From NCBI GenBank assembly GCA_964572225.1, contig CAZNFR010000010.1, positions 1-62,274 on the forward strand: 62,274 nucleotides of DNA. The letters are read 5' to 3'. Source of the stretch: an uncultured Bacteroidaceae bacterium (GTDB taxonomy: Bacteria; Bacteroidota; Bacteroidia; Bacteroidales; GCA-2748055). Position numbers and translations under genes: made by a program. This document shows positions 60,133-62,274 of the stretch, piece after piece. The notes beneath the pieces were generated by a model. It did not search any database, was not told the origin of the DNA, and saw only the letters and a program-made list of their open reading frames with translations. Every line of letters begins with the position of its first letter. Position 1 is the stretch's first letter.

Positions 60133-60144
60133 CACCCATAAAAT

Positions 60145-60196
60145 AAAGAAAACGTCATGGTTCTTTAATATGAAACCCATGACGTTTTCTTTTTTA
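60145..60196. terminator. Bidirectional terminator between convergent genes
   Basis: aagaaaacgtcatgg / ccatgacgttttctt inverted repeat followed by T-run. Confidence 0.8.
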
Positions 60197-60205
60197 AGTC
60201 GATAT

Positions 60206-60667
60206 CTATTCGGATCTGTTCCCGTTCTCGCGTGTCCAGGTTGTTTCCCTACCCATAAACCTCATTCCCATCACGAAACCTTTAATTTTCAGGGTATTGT
60301 AATCTCCATTCTCAAACCACATGAAGCAATCATAGGTCTTGCCACTTTCAGGATCATAGATGGTTCCGTTTTCCCACTCATTATCTTTTTCATCATATTC
60401 AAATCCTTTCAGCAGAAGAAGATCCATAAGTGTTCTGTCACGTAACTCCTCGTCGGGATTTTCCTTATCTTTTTTTGGTGCCCCATTCTCATTGGGTTCC
60501 TCAAGCCAAACGATCTTACCATAATAGTTACCGTTATTGGCGCGGTAAATCCAAACCTGGGAGGTGCCTTTTTCAGTAAGCCAGTACCCTCTTACCTTAT
60601 CAGCATCCTGAGAGAAGGCACTCGAGGTAAAAAAAATGATTAGCAGTGAAAAGAGAACTTTTTTCAT
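60206..60667 (-). CDS. DUF2147 domain exported protein
   Basis: Signal peptide, G.W.T, GKIVWL, D.ENPD..LR.R, W.NG.IYDPESGKTY, GRETTWTR. Confidence 0.88.
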   Translation of the reverse strand: MKKVLFSLLIIFFTSSAFSQDADKVRGYWLTEKGTSQVWIYRANNGNYYGKIVWLEEPNENGAPKKDKENPDEELRDRTLMDLLLLKGFEYDEKDNEWENGTIYDPESGKTYDCFMWFENGDYNTLKIKGFVMGMRFMGRETTWTRENGNRSE

Positions 60668-60823
60668 AACGTTAGTTTTAGTTTATGGGATTAATAGAAA
60701 CAGGGTGACTCATATGGTAAATAAGGAATATTTCATCACAAATGAGATTAAAACTTTTCGCAGGTAATTTTGACAAGGCTAATAGAATATCTTATTGTAA
60801 ATAAAAATCCGGAACCTAAGATA

Positions 60824-61330
60824 CTATTTTCTTTCATAGATGATAAATGAGTGAGCGAAGTCATTTCCATCACCTGCCGGAAATCTTTCCCGGTGAATCT
60901 CATTCCATTCATCATAATTGATCTCCGGAAAGAAAGTATCGGCAACAAAAGAACTATGAACCCGGGTGAGAAATATCTTACGCGCATGGGGAATAAACTG
61001 TTTATATACCATTCCTCCTCCAATGACGAACGCCTCCTCATGATCATCAATACTTGCCAAAGCTTCTTCAATGGAATAAGCCATTTCGCAATTCTCAAAT
61101 TTTTCTCCGAGCCAATCACTAATGACTACATTTTTTCTTCCGGGTAAGGGCCCATTGGGCAGGGACTCAAAAGTTTTTCTTCCCATGATAATGGTATTAC
61201 CCATCGTGATCTTACGAAATCGTTTAAGATCATCGGAAATATGCCATAAAAGCTTATTATTAAGGCCAATGGCATTATTTTCGGCAACTGCGACGATTAT
61301 GGAAATGTTTTTATTTACAGGTGTTCGCAT
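60824..61330 (-). CDS. folA: Dihydrofolate reductase
   Basis: IVAVAENNAIG, W...DLKRF, MGRKTFES, PLPGR.N, VIGGG, DTFFP. Confidence 0.95.
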   Translation of the reverse strand: MRTPVNKNISIIVAVAENNAIGLNNKLLWHISDDLKRFRKITMGNTIIMGRKTFESLPNGPLPGRKNVVISDWLGEKFENCEMAYSIEEALASIDDHEEAFVIGGGMVYKQFIPHARKIFLTRVHSSFVADTFFPEINYDEWNEIHRERFPAGDGNDFAHSFIIYERK

Positions 61331-61335
61331 AGGAA

Positions 61336-62130
61336 TCAGACCGATATTTCCCCTTTAATATGTGGATAAGGATCGTAATTCTCCAGAATGAAATCATTAT
61401 ATGTGAAATCCAATACTTTTTTCACTTCAGGATTTAAGAACATGGAAGGCAGGGCTCTTGGTTCCCGGCTTAGTTGTAACCTGACCTGCTCAAGATGATT
61501 AAGATAAATATGGGCGTCACCCAGAGTGTGGATAAATTCACCGGGTTCAAGGCCGGTTTCCCTTGCCACCATCATCAATAATAGGGAATAAGATGCAATG
61601 TTGAAGGGCACACCCAGAAATATGTCTGCACTTCTCTGGTAAAGCTGGCAGGACAGTTTTCCATTGGCCACGTAAAATTGAAACAGAATATGGCAGGGTG
61701 GAAGGGCCATATTATCCAGATCTGCTACATTCCATGCACTTACGATATGCCTTCGCGAATCCGGATTTTTAGTTATATTTCTTATTACGGCAGAGATCTG
61801 ATCAATATTGCCTCCCATATAATCGGGCCATGACCTCCACTGATAACCATAAATATGGCCTAATTCGCCTTTATCATCAGCCCACTCATTCCAGATCCGT
61901 ACCCCATTCTCTGAAAGATATCGGGTATTGGTTTCTCCCTTTAGGAACCAAAGAAGCTCATGTATAATGGATTTCAAATGAAGTTTTTTGGTGGTCAGTA
62001 AGGGAAATCCTTTCTCAAGATTGAATCTCATCTGATATCCAAAGACACTTAAGGTTCCGGTACCGGTCCGGTCTTCCTTACGCGTCCCTTTTTCCATAAC
62101 ATGTTCGAGAAGTTCTAAGTATTGTTTCAT
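61336..62130 (-). CDS. thyA: Thymidylate synthase ThyA
   Basis: DRTGTGT, ELLWFL, MALPPCH, YQRSAD.FLGVPFN; start moved to ATG 62130 (264 aa). Confidence 0.97.
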   Translation of the reverse strand: MKQYLELLEHVMEKGTRKEDRTGTGTLSVFGYQMRFNLEKGFPLLTTKKLHLKSIIHELLWFLKGETNTRYLSENGVRIWNEWADDKGELGHIYGYQWRSWPDYMGGNIDQISAVIRNITKNPDSRRHIVSAWNVADLDNMALPPCHILFQFYVANGKLSCQLYQRSADIFLGVPFNIASYSLLLMMVARETGLEPGEFIHTLGDAHIYLNHLEQVRLQLSREPRALPSMFLNPEVKKVLDFTYNDFILENYDPYPHIKGEISV

Positions 62131-62274
62131 GTTTCCTCTTTCATGGGCTAAAAATAAGTATTTTGAGAAAGAATAGAAATTTAACTTACCAATCTTTAAA
62201 GGGTTCAATTCCTTTATTATTTTTATATGACTATCGGTTATCATTAACAACGCAAATATAATTGACAGATGCAC

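Noticed and set aside
55848-60200. Integrative island at tRNA-His
   Set aside because: No integrase, no duplicated tRNA 3' end (att site) and no mobility genes seen; accessory-looking but not demonstrably mobile
61361-61535. Two perfect DnaA boxes (TGTGGATAA at 61361 and 61527)
   Set aside because: Both lie within thyA codons, with no box cluster or AT-rich unwinding element
62131-62274. 48-aa N-terminal extension of ThyA
   Set aside because: Canonical ThyA starts MKQYL at 62130; upstream sequence is AT-rich and likely non-coding

Overview
A 62-kb chromosomal segment from a Bacteroidota bacterium, probably Bacteroidales/Marinilabiliales-like. This is inferred from TAnnTTTG promoters, A-rich leaders, T9SS C-terminal domains and the rsfS-ftsH-cdsA-psd gene order. 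Most of the window is housekeeping (adk, obgE, lipoate ligase, parE/parC, aroK, psd, cdsA, ftsH, rsfS, birA, pyrE, coaD, lon, L31, folA, thyA), plus a 4-gene surface-glycan cluster and tRNA-His(GTG). Two accessory regions stand out. (1) 12205-29137 is a compact co-oriented 5-gene locus that appears to place one component in each envelope layer: an NTT/TLC-like transporter with HEAT repeats and a degenerate cNMP-binding domain, a membrane-anchored STAND NTPase with coiled coil and WD40 propeller, an outer-membrane beta-barrel, a propeller lipoprotein, and a 2764-aa T9SS cargo with ten alternating ~128-aa repeats. (2) 55989-60132, after tRNA-His, holds two paralogous secreted E-x-W-M repeat microproteins, each with the same sigma54-type promoter, a 46-bp upstream enhancer-like block and a shared 3'-UTR motif. 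They flank a GNAT-nitrilase fusion and are followed by a decayed T9SS-cargo pseudogene. No CRISPR array, rRNA, integrase or transposase was seen. All family calls come from motif recognition by eye, not database searches.
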